A stretch of DNA of 64,000 nt from Macrostomum lignano (taxonomy: Eukaryota). Within the stretch, counting starts at the first letter, position 1, and each line of letters starts with the position of its first letter. The stretch is from assembly GCA_002269645.1 (NCBI GenBank), contig NIVC01000465.1, positions 1 to 64,000 on the forward strand, in the 5' to 3' direction. The translations under genes and the position numbers were made by a program. This document shows positions 1 to 16,659 of this stretch, piece after piece. Below the pieces are notes generated by a model, which ran no database searches, had not been told where the DNA came from, and saw only the letters and a list, made by a program, of their open reading frames with translations.

Positions 1-461
1 ACTTAGCAGCCGATGGCAAATAAAGCCCATAATTGTATTGATTCAATTCGTTCACGGCAACCACACTGCACACAACGCTATGCGAGGGCACATCCTGCCC
101 ACTGAACAATGGTCCTGTTATATACCATACCATACTTTGTAGACTTTTTGCAGAAGCACTTTCATTCTCGTATTATGGTTCTTTTGAAGCAACATCGCTA
201 CACACCAATTGCTTGAGTGAAAAAATCAGTGTTAATACACCTGTTCTTTAGTTGATGTTGACTGCAATTAAAAGCTTGTTAATTGAACGCAAATGTTTTG
301 ACCCATGTAAAATTACACTACTGCAATTAAGTGAAATCTTATTATTAAGTTGTCAAAAGCTTTCTAGAGATTGTTAAACATATTGAATTAGTGTATTTTT
401 ATAACGCTGTTACGTCTAGTAGTCCTTAGTAATAATTATTACTAGTATTATCTCCATAACT

Positions 462-625
462 ATTACCCAAATTAAATGCTGGCACCGATTTTACAGCTGG
501 GTGCAAGCTGAAGCAATGCAGAGTTAAGTGTCTTCATGCTCAAGGACACAAATAGTTCCAAGTGGGTCAAGAATCGAACCCCCGACTGTTCAGTCGTGAC
601 TCCGACGCTCTAACCGCCAGGCTAA
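462..625 (-). mobile_element. tRNA-derived SINE, 5' part (CORE-like central domain)
   Basis: Minus strand has a tRNA-like head (A-box-like TAGCCTGGCGG, B-box GGTTCGATT) followed by GTGTCCTTGAGC..GACACTTAACTCTGCATTGCTTCAG..CCCAGCTGTAAAAT, which resembles the MIR/CORE domain. A second copy lies at 8137-8426. Confidence 0.75.
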
Positions 626-746
626 AATTCCCACTTGGGTATATATTGGCTATATACATGTAATTATATGGGACCATGAAAGTTACGCCACTTGTGAAGC
701 ACGCCGAATTTAGAAATTAAATTTCTGCTGTCATGTCGGTCTCCAG

Positions 747-2710
747 CAGGGGCGTCGTAATGGATTTTATGACAGGGGGACAAAGCCAAGAATTCTACAT
801 GTACATGTACATTATTAACAGAATCGCTATTGTCAGCGCTCATTTTAGCGCCGCAGGCACTCATTTAGCGCCGCAGGCACTCATTTTAGCTTTGCAGGCA
901 CTCATTTAGCGCCGCAGGCACTCATTTTAGCGCCGCAGGCACTCATTTAGCCGCCACAGGCACTCATTTTAGCGCCGCAAGCACTCATTTTAGCGCCGCA
1001 GGCACTCATTTTAGCACCGCAGACACTCATTTTAGCGCCACAGGCACTCATTTTAGCACTGCAGGCACTCATGTTAGCGCCGCAGGCACTCATTTTAGCA
1101 CTGCAGGCACTCATTTTAGCACTGCAGGCACTCATTTTAGCACTGCAGGCACTCATTTTAGCACTGCAGGCACTCATTTTAGCGCCGCAGGCACTCATTT
1201 TAGCGCCGCAGGCAATCATTTTAGCGCCACAGGCACTCATTTTAGCGCCGCAGGCAATCATTTTAGCGCCGCAGGCACTCATTTTAGCGCCGCAGGCACT
1301 CATTTTAGCGCCGCAGGCACTCATTTTAGCGCCACAGGCACTCATTTTAGCGTCGGAGGCACTCATTTTAGCGCCACAGGCACTCATTCTAGCGCCGCAG
1401 GCACTCATTTTAGCGCCACAGGCACTCATTTTAGCGTCGGAGGCACTCATTTTAGCGCCGCAGGCACTCATTTTAGCGCCACAGGCACTCATTTTAGCGT
1501 CGGAGGCACTCATTTTAGCCACAGGCACTCATTTTAGCGCCGCAGGCACTCATTTTAGCGCCGCAGGCACTCATTTTAGCGCCACAGGCACTCATTTTAG
1601 CGCTGCAGGCAATCATTTTAGCGCCGCAGGCACTCATTTTAGCGCCACAGGCACTCATTTTAGCGCTGCAGGCAATCATTTTAGCGCCGCAGGCACTCAT
1701 TTCAGCACCGCAGACACTCATTTTAGCGCCACAGGCGCTCATTTTAGCGCCACAGGCACTCATTTTAGCGTCGGAGGCACTCATTTTAGCGCCGCAGGCA
1801 CTCATTTTAGCGCCACAGGCACTCATTTTAGCGTCGGAGGCACTCATTTTAGCGTCGGAGGCACTCATTTTAGCGTCGCAGGCACTCATTTTAGCGCCGC
1901 AGGCACTCATTTTAGCGCCGCAGGCACTCATTTTAGCGTCGCAGGCACTCATTTTAGCGCCACAGGCACTCATTTTAGCGTCGGAGGCACTCATTTTAGC
2001 GTCGGAGGCACTCATTTTAGCGCTGCAGGCACTCATTTTAGCGTCGGAGGCACTCATTTTAGCGCCGCAGGCACTCATTTTAGCGCCACAGGCACTCATT
2101 TTAGCGTCGGAGGCACTCATTTTAGCGCCACAGGCACTCATTTTAGCGCCACAGGCACTCATTTTAGCGCTGCAGGCAATCATTTTAGCGCCGCAGGCAC
2201 TCATTTTAGCGCCACAGGCACTCATTTTAGCGCTGCAGGCAATCATTTTAGCGCCGCAGGCACTCATTTCAGCACCGCAGACACTCATTTTAGCGCCACA
2301 GGCGCTCATTTTAGCGCCACAGGCACTCATTTTAGCGTCGGAGGCACTCATTTTAGCGCCGCAGGCACTCATTTTAGCGCCACAGGCACTCATTTTAGCG
2401 TCGGAGGCACTCATTTTAGCGTCGGAGGCACTCATTTTAGCGTCGCAGGCACTCATTTTAGCGTCGGAGGCACTCATTTTAGCGCCGCAGGCACTCATTT
2501 TAGCGCCACAGGCACTCATTTTAGCGCCGCAGGCACTCATTTTAGCGCCGCAGGCACTCATTTTAGCGCCGCAGGCACTCATTTAGCGCCGCAGCACTCA
2601 TTTTAGCGCCGCAGGCACTCATTTTAGCGCCGCAGGCACTCATTTTAGCGCCGCAGGCACTCATTTTAGCGCCGCAGGCACTCATTTTAGCCCCGGTGAC
2701 GAAGCCCCTG
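747..2710. mobile_element. Non-autonomous hAT-type element carrying a 21-bp minisatellite (copy 1)
   Basis: Imperfect TIRs CAGGGGCGTCGTAA (747) and TGACGAAGCCCCTG (ends 2710). The left ~35 bp matches the left end of the TSD-flanked copy at 13719. No TSD is visible here. Confidence 0.6.
835..2692. repeat. 21-bp minisatellite (GCAGGCACTCATTTTAGCGCC)n, ~88 units
   Basis: Direct tandem repeat. It explains the spurious MSACGAK / AGTHFSA / QALILAP ORFs. Confidence 0.98.
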
Positions 2711-4533
2711 AAAGTCACAACTTAGATGTACAATTGTGAATTTTCAGCTTGTAACAGCTTGAAAAGGAAGAACTGCATGTACACTCAATTTTAGATTATT
2801 GTTTGACAAATTGAAGCAGCTAGGGAAGCTTTCAAATTTTTATTATAGTACTAAATTCCCAATCTCTTAACTTTTTTGGGGCTTCCGAATTCGAAATGAA
2901 ACGAGTATGCCGAAAAAATGACTGGAGATTCGAAACATAATGTTTTATGAACGGCTTTTGCTAAGATTAACGTTTTGCATTCATTTCACACTTGTTTACT
3001 AAGATAAAATGGAAGGATCGCCTTGTATTTACTATATAGCTAGTAGTGTTCCTCTTGGGTTAAAAAACTCTGACGAAATTAACAGAATGTTCAGTCAAAC
3101 TGAAAGGCGCACTTCTATTTCTCACTTTCTTGCCTTCGCAGCTCTCGCAATAGCGTCCTCTCTAGGGGGCTATCCTCTTTTTCTTTACTCTTGCCTCCCC
3201 AGAAAATCCTGGCGTTTAATTTTCCTTATTCACCGATGATTTGATTTATTATTCATTTTGTCCAGAGCTGAGTGTATATTCAGCGAAAGTGATGTATTGC
3301 TAAGTCCATATACTAGTGTAGAGATTCCCCAGTGGCATTGCAGAGGCGATCTTTCAATACTTTGAGTAAGAAAACTACTGCACTTAGTCGAAAATACGCT
3401 ATGAAAACGTTAATAATATGATGCATTTATGATCTTTATGTATGTATTTTGTTGACATGAGGGTCAATTGAGGTCGAGAAATCATACATCATACAACCAA
3501 AACAGTAACAACAACAAACAAACAACAACAACAAACAAAATAGGCTGTCAGGGTCTTTAGAAAGCAGCCTCTGGGCATCTGATATTCATCACCATAGCTT
3601 GATGGTGGTTCCTAAACGAACGAACACTGAGAATTGGATGAGAAAGATCAGACATATTGAATTTCTTTCAGCTGCTATGTACAAAACCTATAATCTCTGA
3701 AATTATATACTAAAATAAAAGTGCCGAAACCGTTTAAAAAATTCAATGCATATTCGAATAATATTATGGAACATGACATTTTCTTCACGCAGCAATGGAA
3801 CTGTGATGGAATTCTTCAAAAAGAACAGTGTTTCAAATGCTCGTAGGTAAGTTCGTAAGCTCAAGTTAATGTACTAGTAGTTCGGCTGCACCGAAATTCC
3901 CCCTAACATGGTTGCTATCAGCTGGTCATTGCTATCTTACTATTTCAAAATCTTTCTTTTAAAAATTATCGCTATAGTCGAGCCGAGTTCGGCCGTTCTC
4001 AAGTTCTTGAGCACCGCCTCTTTCCTTAAGTGGCTGTCACGCCCCCCCCCCCCCCCAGGTCCGGTCTCATCCAGTTATTTCGGCAGAATGACAAATTCCA
4101 CCTTATAAGTTTTGTTTTCTGGATTTTCCTATTAAAATGGGTAACAATATTTCACCTTTTTAGTTTAGAAAGTGAAAAAGCAAGACTTGCGCCTCAGATT
4201 CAATCTGATAATTCTGTCTACCGCAATATCTGGTTGGTCTATTTTCTTCTTTCAAGTTCGCATTCCTAGCTATAGTTCGAAATGCTGAAAACAACAAGCA
4301 AAAATGAAAGCACTCAAGTGCTCGGACACTTTGCATGGCCGTCCACGAATCCACATACGAGTAGCACCAAACAAGCTAAAAGTTATGGGTGACACAAGAA
4401 GGACTTACTTAAGTTCAGTTTGCACCAAAAGTACGACACGAGTTGGCAACCATGAATTCAGCTGTATATATAAGCTAGATGCGACTTGACCTGTAGAGAC
4501 AACACCGGTTGCTCAGTAACAGTGAGTGCAATA

Positions 4534-7803
<3,270 letters not shown>

Positions 7804-8136
7804 TTTGGCTCTCAACATTGGCAAACAGGGATTCACGCTACTATCCTGGATAATGAGATCAGTAACAGTCCATAATTGCACAAAAAATGATCGATTCATA
7901 AAAGCGTACCTTCCTTTTTTACTTGAAATCTTTTTCAAACACTAATTTCGCATGTTTATATTCAGATACAGCAATTTTATGCTTCGTGCATTATTTTGTA
8001 TATAATTAACTTTAATTCTCCACATACCGTACTGAAATTTATTGTAACTTTCAATTTTCATCGAGTTTTTTCGGTAAAAATAATACACTAGGGGAAACAT
8101 TCCAATACACTATGAGGTCAAAATTTGCACTGATCA

Positions 8137-8426
8137 TTTTTTTAATTACACCTACCCCAATAGGCAGATGTGCAACCGACAGCTCAGCCGCAGCTATTGC
8201 GCGGCGCATCTGAAGGCTGCGTACGGCTGTTCAGTCCAAGGACTGGGGGGGCGCCACACACCCCCAATTACCCCAGCTAATGCTGGTATCCATTTTACAG
8301 CTGGGTGAACTGAAGCAATGCAGAGTTAAGTGTCTTGCTCAAGGGCACGAATTGTTCCGAGTAGGTCGAAAATCGAACCCCGATTTTTCAGTCGTGAGTC
8401 CGACGCTCTGACCACTGGGCTACAAC
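8137..8426 (-). mobile_element. Near full-length tRNA-derived CORE-like SINE
   Basis: Minus strand: A box TAGCCCAGTGG, B box GGTTCGATT, CORE-like GTGCCCTTGAGCAAGACACTTAACTCTG..CAGCTGTAAAATGG, a GC-rich 3' region and a short A-rich end. Homologous to 462-625. Confidence 0.8.
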
Positions 8427-9253
8427 CCCTTTATCAGTATTATACTGATCATGCAATACTTAAGTGATAATCTGTATTCGTGTACTAGGATACTAGGATC
8501 TTGTAGGTTTCTGTGACATATTCATCACATATCACACCTGCTCTTTGTCTCTCTGTTAATTAATCATCATAAAACACAGCCTTTTCAATACCTAGAGCTT
8601 ATGAACCGTCCCACGACAGCCAGCGAGCCTGTTATCACTGTGTGCAGGCCAGAGATTAGAGCCCCGGATTAAAAACCGGTCCCGGGTTGTCAGGCTACAG
8701 AAAGCTAATTAAAAAGATCACTGGCAGTAAAAACTGGACAGCTCGACAGTGACTACTGGTTGGTCCGGACACAGTCTCAGTGCGAGAGGTACTACTGTGA
8801 GGTGAAAATTAATTACCTTCGGAACATCTCTTTCCCGAGCAAAAAATTTCTGAACCAAATGCGTCACGAAGAAGCTGATGACGCTTCCGGTTTTTGTTTT
8901 AATAATCTCATGCTTACCCCTTTCCTAATGAAAACTGGAACGGAACACCTCCCTGATTGCTGCATGGGTCTCAATTATTTTGCAGTTTAATTTTTGTGAG
9001 TAACTTTGAGCCGGATTTAAAGCGGAAAATAAATTTATCAAACAGATAGGAAAATTGCTGGATTTCATTCCTAATTCATAAGTTTGAGGAATCGCAGTTG
9101 GCTCGACCAATCAGCTCTCAGCTAGAAATAGCTGGGGGAAGCTATGGGGGAAAGAACTGGGATAAATTTACGGAATCATGCCTGCAAGACATGCTCTCAC
9201 AATATTCAATCGTTTCTTTGATCCCACTAGTGAAGAGCCTTAACATTGCAGCC

Positions 9254-10441
9254 ATGTTTCAGCTGGTGGTCCAGCACGGAGACAACTGCACGTTCCCCGG
9301 AGACAACACCACCTCACATCCACAGCATTCGATTGTCACTATCGGCTTGGTCAAGTCCACTTTTGTACTGCTAGGCTCTGTAAATCTGGTCCTTAATAGT
9401 CTGTGCTTCTTCGTGTTTCTTGGCCAGAAGCAGAAGGAGACAACCGTTCGGTTGCTGCTGCTAATCCTGTCGTTCAACGAGATGCTGACGAGTTTCGGCA
9501 TGACAAGCGTAGAGACAATCCGCATCATGCTGGAAGTGGCTCATCATCGAATTCCTTATTCGTCGCCAGCTGTGCCGCTCGGCTTAGTCCAGTACCTGAC
9601 CATTACCTGGGTGACCGCCAACGCATTCCTGATGGCTCGCAACTGGTCAATTGTCCTGATTGCTGTCAGTCGATGCGAGGCTGTGTTAAGACCGTTCTCG
9701 CGCAACACCGGCCGCTGTTGCAGTCACCGAACTCTTATCATCATGTCGGCCCTTATTATTTTACTTGGACTGGTGTCGGCTGTGCCGAAGGCGTTCCAGG
9801 AACGGTTCCACTACTGCAGCGACACCGGCATTGTCTACTACAAGCAGTCCGTCAGCCCGTTCCGATTCTACTCCGAGTTTTACGTGGCTTCAACTTTCTG
9901 CCAAGCCGTATTACCTGTCGTCATAGTCAGCACGGCTTCCATTGCTATGACTCTGGGACTTCGACGAAGTGTCCGTCTACGCCGAGAAGGCGGTCGCGGC
10001 AGCGGCGGAGCGACCCAGAACAGCAAAGCTACCAGGATGATCCAGATTTTATTAGCCGTCTTTGTCTGCATGGAGATGCCAATGTTTCTCACGATACTGA
10101 TTGGCACCCGAGCTCCCGAGGGCAACCAGTTCTGGGACGCGGTTGTCACCTATGCTATTGGCTTCTCAAATCTGTGCGTCAACCTGGATTCTACCTGCAA
10201 CTTTATTATCTACATGACAACTAACACTATGTTTCGATCAGCTATATTGCGTCGGAGTCGCAACGGCGGCGGCAGCAGCGCGGCTGTCTGCAGCGGGCGC
10301 GATGCTCGGTGCGTCTCCAGGGCCGCTGCGTCAGCTTCGGAGATCTGCAGCGGCAAGTCCAAAAGCGGCGGAGCCAAGCCCCCACTGCCAACGACATTGC
10401 AGCCAATTAGGGAGAAGATTTATCGAACAACTACCATTTGA
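9254..10441 (+). CDS. Intronless orphan class A GPCR (FMRFamide/peptide-receptor-like family), paralogue 1, 395 aa
   Basis: Seven hydrophobic segments, TM3 ARNWSIVLIAVSRC, TM7 NLDSTCNFIIY and N-glycosylation sites in the N-terminus. Start placed at ATG 9254 by alignment with paralogues 2 and 3. Confidence 0.9.
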   Translation: MFQLVVQHGDNCTFPGDNTTSHPQHSIVTIGLVKSTFVLLGSVNLVLNSLCFFVFLGQKQKETTVRLLLLILSFNEMLTSFGMTSVETIRIMLEVAHHRIPYSSPAVPLGLVQYLTITWVTANAFLMARNWSIVLIAVSRCEAVLRPFSRNTGRCCSHRTLIIMSALIILLGLVSAVPKAFQERFHYCSDTGIVYYKQSVSPFRFYSEFYVASTFCQAVLPVVIVSTASIAMTLGLRRSVRLRREGGRGSGGATQNSKATRMIQILLAVFVCMEMPMFLTILIGTRAPEGNQFWDAVVTYAIGFSNLCVNLDSTCNFIIYMTTNTMFRSAILRRSRNGGGSSAAVCSGRDARCVSRAAASASEICSGKSKSGGAKPPLPTTLQPIREKIYRTTTI

Positions 10442-11514
10442 TGACGGTGAAATCACCGAGAAATCGAGATCGAGAGACTACATGTACGGAGCTTTTTCTG
10501 GAGAAATTCGCTGTGTCCACAAGCTACGACATCTGAAGAAATTCTGATTAATATGGATGTATGCAATAACTTGCATGTGACACTTCAGTTATCTAGAAAT
10601 CTAGAAAATTTGTTGATTGTCAATTATTATATTGCGAATGTCTATCAGTGTATAATTCTGTAATCTGCTGTGTCTTTGTCAGAGTTGTCCTCTTATATAC
10701 TTTGTCACCTATCAGAATGGAACAAAACATACTCATGTACAATATTTTCAGCGTCGATTGGTTACATCAAAAGATAAACCTAATTTGCTACTCTCGATTA
10801 TTTAATAGTGTTGTGTACATTGTCTGTTTGCGTTGATAATGTGTCCGTCCTTCTTTGTCTGCAATAATCAGTTGCTTTTAAGTCTAGTTGCTGTGAGTGG
10901 TCTCTATTTAAATAAAAATAGAACACATTTAATTGATATTTCTATATATTTTTATTGGTGAGGAATTCAACATCCTAAGTAACTATTACGATTTTTATTT
11001 GCTTTATTTACGACAGACTGGATTGTATAATGATTGGTATATCACTGAGAGGTTTTGCATATTGTCGATTCTGAATTCAGAGTCAAGACTATTTTGTGGA
11101 CTTCTTTCTGACATCAAAGTCAAGACGCTGCATGCTAGCGAATTTGAGAACTAGCTAATCGAAGTGACTGCTAATTTTGAGTCAGTTGCCGCATTTATGC
11201 ACTTTAGGCCAACGAAAATTTGCTGCTCCTAGATCAAAGAAACGCTTTGGAAGGCTTGACCTCATCACATTTTTCCGTAGTCCCCGCCCCCCACGATCAA
11301 AGCATGGAATTAGTCCGCGAAGTTCAACACGCGGAAATTGTCTCCAGGGGCCGTGGCCACCAGGCTGCACCCAATCTCCATCTAGCCAGAAATGCAGTGT
11401 AAATCATCTTCCCAGAAGTTGAGTGGAATACTTAAGCAAAACCTCAAATTAGCGAAATTGGAAAGAGAAAAAAGTTCTTGCACGAGAAGTGGTTCAAAAG
11501 TAATGGGATTTCTG

Positions 11515-12070
11515 TAGCAGTTTGTCTACCTTGGCGGTCTGGTTCCCGGCGTCCGCAAGGATTTGCGGCGTCGCCGCGGGCTTGCCTGGGCTGCCTTTCG
11601 TTCTGTCAGGGCAGTCCTGTAGTCTGAGGCCTTACCTGACCGCCAGAGGGCGGCGCTGTTCCAGGCAGTGATCGAGACTGTCCTGCTGTACAACGCCGAG
11701 ACCTGGATGCTGACGGAGTCGCTTTAGCAACAAGTTGACGCGGCGCACGCTGGCCTGCTGCGCGCCGCCTTTAAGATCGGCTACGAGCGAGTGACCAACG
11801 CGGCTTTGGATTGCCGCGCCGGCCTGGTCCGTCCAAGCGACTCCAGCTGGCGGGCAGGCCACATCATCCGCACCGAGTCGTACTGCCCAGAGCCGGTGCA
11901 GGAGGTGCTCCAGGCACTCTACCGGCTGGGGCAGGCGCGCACTCGGCGTTTCGTCGACTGCCTGCTGGCTGACGCCGGCGCCCCGGATTTGACCGACGGC
12001 GTGGCGTTCATTCGCGACCTGGTTTTGAAGCGCGCCCTGTGACGCTGACTGCGTATTCTGTTATTTTTGT
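11515..12070 (+). mobile_element. Degenerate 5'-truncated RTE-clade LINE fragment
   Basis: Homologous to the 46018-46888 copy (YLGGLVP, LLYNAETW, GHIIR..YCPEPVQEV..LKRAL). Carries an in-frame stop and internal deletions. Confidence 0.85.
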
Positions 12071-13718
12071 TTTTGGGTGCATAAGCGGTATCTGACATGA
12101 AAGTCCAGACTTTGAGATTAAAAACTGCTATTTTTGTCTGTGACAACACACAAATGTGCCATAAATATGATGGTTAGCGGACATAAATGTAGTTAGCGGT
12201 TGTTTCAGAGTCCCACTTAAAAAGCATTTTCTAGTCTAGTCTTGACGTCATAATTTAGAAACTTTAACTTTTAAACGTTAATGTCTGAAATTGATTTTTG
12301 CTGTGACTCTTAACACGGATGGGGTTTAGGGGTTTAACCATAAAAGTAACGCACTGTCAACCATAAACGGCTCACGTGGTTCCTGTCAAGTTTCACGGAC
12401 GGAATTGCTAAGATGTCAAGGCTTAAAATGGAGGGAAACGCAAAAATGCGATGGCACATTGGGGGAGTTACTGAGATGAAAGGACTCATGGGGGTTGCCG
12501 AAATGCTACGGTTCATTGGGGAGAATTGTTAAGCGTTAAGGTTAATGGAAAGGAGGGAATTTCCGAGGTGCTGTGGCATTAAAAAGCTTTAAGAAAGCAA
12601 CAATAACGACTGTACAAGGTCAAAACCTACATGCGGTCCAGTCTTCTAATTATCATTATCTTTTAACGAGCATGCCTATCCTCTTTCTCAAAATCATTAT
12701 GAGTCCTTTTGATATTTTCTTTTGTATTGCTAGAATACTTCTCTGATATCTTTATCTGTATAGCTTTGATTGATTTTTTCAACTTCAAACCACAGTATAT
12801 ACAGTGAAGTTCCAGTTTGTGCTCGTGACGAGGATAATAAATCTATAAATTTTAAGATTTCTGAGTCCGATTGATTCGATGCGTCCTCATCAATTTCCAT
12901 TTCTGTTTGTAGAATTTTGCAGTTTGCAATTACTTGCAATCTTGAACACACATGGTAGGCGGTAAGGAGAGACTTAACATCACTGTTCTCGGTTTCAAAG
13001 GCAAGCCGTGCACTTTCACGCTATTCTAATTAGTTAATTAGCTACTTGCTCGTGTTTCCGTCATAGCTAGTTTTTTGTGCAGTCAGTTTCTTTTTTGAGT
13101 CATGAATAGGTGATCTGTGATCAATATTTGTAAGCACGTCTGACATCCCATGAGCACTACTCGCAGTGCATGTACGAAAGTGCATCAATGAAGAAGCTGC
13201 TTTTTTTCTCGTGATGTCATCAGCTGCCATCACAGTGATTTGTCTTTTGTATATTTAATTAAGTCTGTCTGCAGGCTCTTATATTTCAAAACGGTATTTG
13301 AGGTAGCTTCTGTTTGCAGAAAAAAATTATGAAAACTTCTCAAGGACTTCTCCACGCATAACACCGCAAACTTAATATCAGACGGACAAGCTGCTCAAGT
13401 CACTGGTTCAATACCACTGAGTAAAGTTTACTAACTTTATACGCTTTGTGAACATTCAGGTTGACTAGGAGACCGAAGTCAGTGTTGAGGGGATAAATTT
13501 ACTTGGGCAAACATGGGACAAGCATGCTGTCTGGGTCGATGTGCGTTTCAATATGCAAATTATTTTTTTAAATCAAAACTTTTCTATTTCTTAACCTTAA
13601 ATATTGATGGTCAACTATTATTTTTAACAGAAAACACATTTTTCCTACTTTAAGTAGAAAGTAAAAATATACGCCTTTTTTGATAACTGATTTGCATGTC
13701 AAAAGCATCGTGCTAGTT

Positions 13719-15471
13719 TAGGGGCGTCGCCATGGATTTTATGGTGAGGGGGGACGTAGGCACTCATTTTAAGACCGCAGGCACTCATTTTAGCACCGCA
13801 GGCACTCATTTTAGCACCGCAGTCACTCATTTTAGCACCGCAGGCACTCATTTTAGCGCCGCAGGCACTCATTTTAGCGCCGCAGGCACTCATTTTAGCA
13901 CCGCAGGCACTCATTTTAGCGCCACAGGCACTCATTTTAACACCGCAGGCACTCATTTTAGCGCCACAGGCACTCATTTTAACACCGCAGGCACTCATTT
14001 TAGCACCGCAGGCACTCATTTTAGCGCCGCAGGCACTCATTTTAGCACCACAGGCACTCATTTTAGCGCCACAGGCACTCATTTTAGCACCGCAGGCACT
14101 CATTTTAGCACCGCAGGCACTCATTTTAGCACCGCAGGTACTCATTTTAGCGCCACAGGCACTCATTTTAGCACTGCAGGCACTCATTTTAGCTCCGCAG
14201 GCACTCATTTTAGCACTGCAGGCACTCATTTTGGCTCCGCAGGCATTCATTTTAGCGCCGCAGGCACTCATTTTAGCGCCGCAGGCACTCATTTTAGCAC
14301 CGCAGGCACTCATTTTAGCGCCGCAGGCACTCATTTTAGCACCACAGGCACTCATTTTAGCGCCACAGGCACTCATTTTAGCACCGCAGGCACTCATTTT
14401 AGCACCGCAGGCACTCATTTTAGCACCGCAGGTACTCATTTTAGCGCCACAGGCACTCATTTTAGCACTGCAGGCACTCATTTTAGCTCCGCAGGCACTC
14501 ATTTTAGCACTGCAGGCACTCATTTTGGCTCCGCAGGCATTCATTTTAGCGCCGCAGGCACTCATTTTAGCACCGCAGGCACTCATTTTAGCACCGCAGG
14601 CACTCATTTTAGCACCGCAGGCACTCATTTTAGCGCCACAGGCACTCATTTTAGCGCCACAGGCACTCATTTTAGCGCCACAGGCACTCATTTTAGCACC
14701 GCAGGCACTCATTTTAGCACCGCAGGTACTCATTTTAGCGCCGCAGGCACTCATTTTAGCACCGCAGGCACTCATTTTAGCACCGCAGGCACTCATTTTA
14801 GCACCGCAGGCACTCATTTTAGCGCCACAGGCACTCATTTTAGCGCCACAGGCACTCATTTTAGCGCCACAGGCACTCATTTTAGCACCGCAGGCACTCA
14901 TTTTAGCACCGCAGGTACTCATTTTAGCGCCGCAGGCACTCATTTTAGCACCGCAGGCACTCATGTTAGCGCCGCAGGCACTCATTTTAGCACCGCAGTC
15001 ACTCATTTTATAGCGCCACAGGCACTCATTTCAACGCCGCAGGCACTTATTTTAGAGCCGCAGTCACTCATTTTAGCGCCGCAGGCACTCATTTAAGCAC
15101 CGCAGTCACTCATTTTAGCGCCGCAGGCACTCATTTAAGCGCCGCAGACACTCATTTTAGCGCCACAGGCACTCATTTCAACGCCGCAGGCACTCATTTC
15201 AACGCCGCAGGCACTCATTTTAGAGCCGCAGTCACTCATTTTAGCGCCGCAGGCACTCATTTTAGCGCCACAGGCACTCATTTTAGCGCCACAGGCACTC
15301 ATACGCCTGTGGCTACTGTGGCTAAAGATTAGGCACCATGTTTTGTCGTCCTGAAGCAAAATTATTGATTTCTATAACGAATCACAAGGTTGGGTGGGGG
15401 TGGACAAAGAACGAGCATGTCCCCCCCCCATAGCTTTTTCGTCCCCCTGTCCCCCCGTGGTGACATCTCTG
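13719..15471. mobile_element. Non-autonomous hAT element carrying the 21-bp minisatellite (copy 2), perfect 8-bp TSD
   Basis: TSD TGCTAGTT at 13711-13718 and 15472-15479. TIRs TAGGGGCGTCGCCATGG and CCGTGGTGACATCTCTG. An 8-bp TSD is characteristic of hAT elements. Confidence 0.85.
13750..15300. repeat. 21-bp minisatellite (GCAGGCACTCATTTTAGC[G/A]CC)n, ~73 units
   Basis: Same unit as 835-2692. Confidence 0.98.
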
Positions 15472-16659
15472 TGCTAGTTTGATAATAAATGGAATTTTTT
15501 AAGAAGTCACCTAAATATTAGTTAAGCTTTACGGGATAAAACTACATGTAAGGCTTTTTATTATACTTGAGTCATATCGGTGCGTCCGAATGAAGATCAA
15601 TCGCTGAGCAAAGCAGCACTGCAATTATCTGCGTCACAAAAGTTCAAGTTCTTGAATTTTCTACTCCTGAAGTGGTCATCCTGGAATAAAAATTGCTCAA
15701 AGCCTGGAAAATGAGTAGCCACTTATTAATTGGCCTCTTTCCCTCACACTAGCAATTGCACTGTAATTACAGTTCCTTTGTCATGTCCTTTGTCTGGCAA
15801 AATTTCAGTTTTTTAGCAGAACAAAAAAGAAAACTTGAAGTTTAAAGCTGAATATTGCGGGAAAATTCTTATCTACTTGTAGTAAGTAATTTGCGTGTTA
15901 AGGTAATTTTCAAGTGTCTATTTGCGTCCTGCCATTTTCGTAGTTCGGATAAGTGATAACTACATGCAAAGTTATAACCACAGCTGCGTTCTGGATTGTA
16001 TTGCAGCTTCTCTCTCTCCCCCTCTCTCTCTCCTCTCTCTCCCTCTCCCTCTCTATCTCTCTCTCTCTCTCTACGTCTATCTACATCTCTCTACCTTGCT
16101 TCAATTGGGACCTAGACTTACTTTGCTTACTGTCTGTGTGAGATTACAGCCTGAACATATCGCATTTATTTACTTACATGTATTCTTTAGCGAATCATGA
16201 ATCAATGGATTTATCACCTTAAACTTGCTTAATTGCCCAAAACAATAAATCCATCATTTCTTTCCTATCTCTCATTCGAGCCCTAATGGTTTGCTGAGCT
16301 ATTACCTCGAGGAGAGGTGAAGCACGAGTAAGCTGTGGAGGCTGTGAGGATACCTAGGTCCGAAAGCTACTTTTAGAATCATCAACGTGGTGATCTGTGA
16401 CCAGATTACTGTGATCTTCAAATGCTATTCTCTAAACAAGGATGTTAAATGGCTGATGCAATATGCATCAATAGTACAAACGGAGTCGCTTCGGAGAATT
16501 CGCTATAGAACTGAACCGCAGATTAGATAATAAATACCGAGGCAATGGATAACTGATAAAAACTCTAATTAAGGATCAGGATGATGGGATCTCTAATTCA
16601 GGATCAATACCTGCCGGAAGATCAGAACTCAGAGCAGCGTAAAATTGTGTCTATGGCTT

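Noticed and set aside
947-2606. Long ORFs on both strands (193, 355, 511 aa; also 13699-15096)
   Set aside because: They are translations of a 21-bp repeat lacking stops in several frames, inside a TIR-bounded element, with no protein features.
9098-9253. N-terminal extensions of the GPCR ORFs (also 36564-36782)
   Set aside because: They start at non-ATG codons or unaligned upstream ATGs and are not conserved between paralogues.
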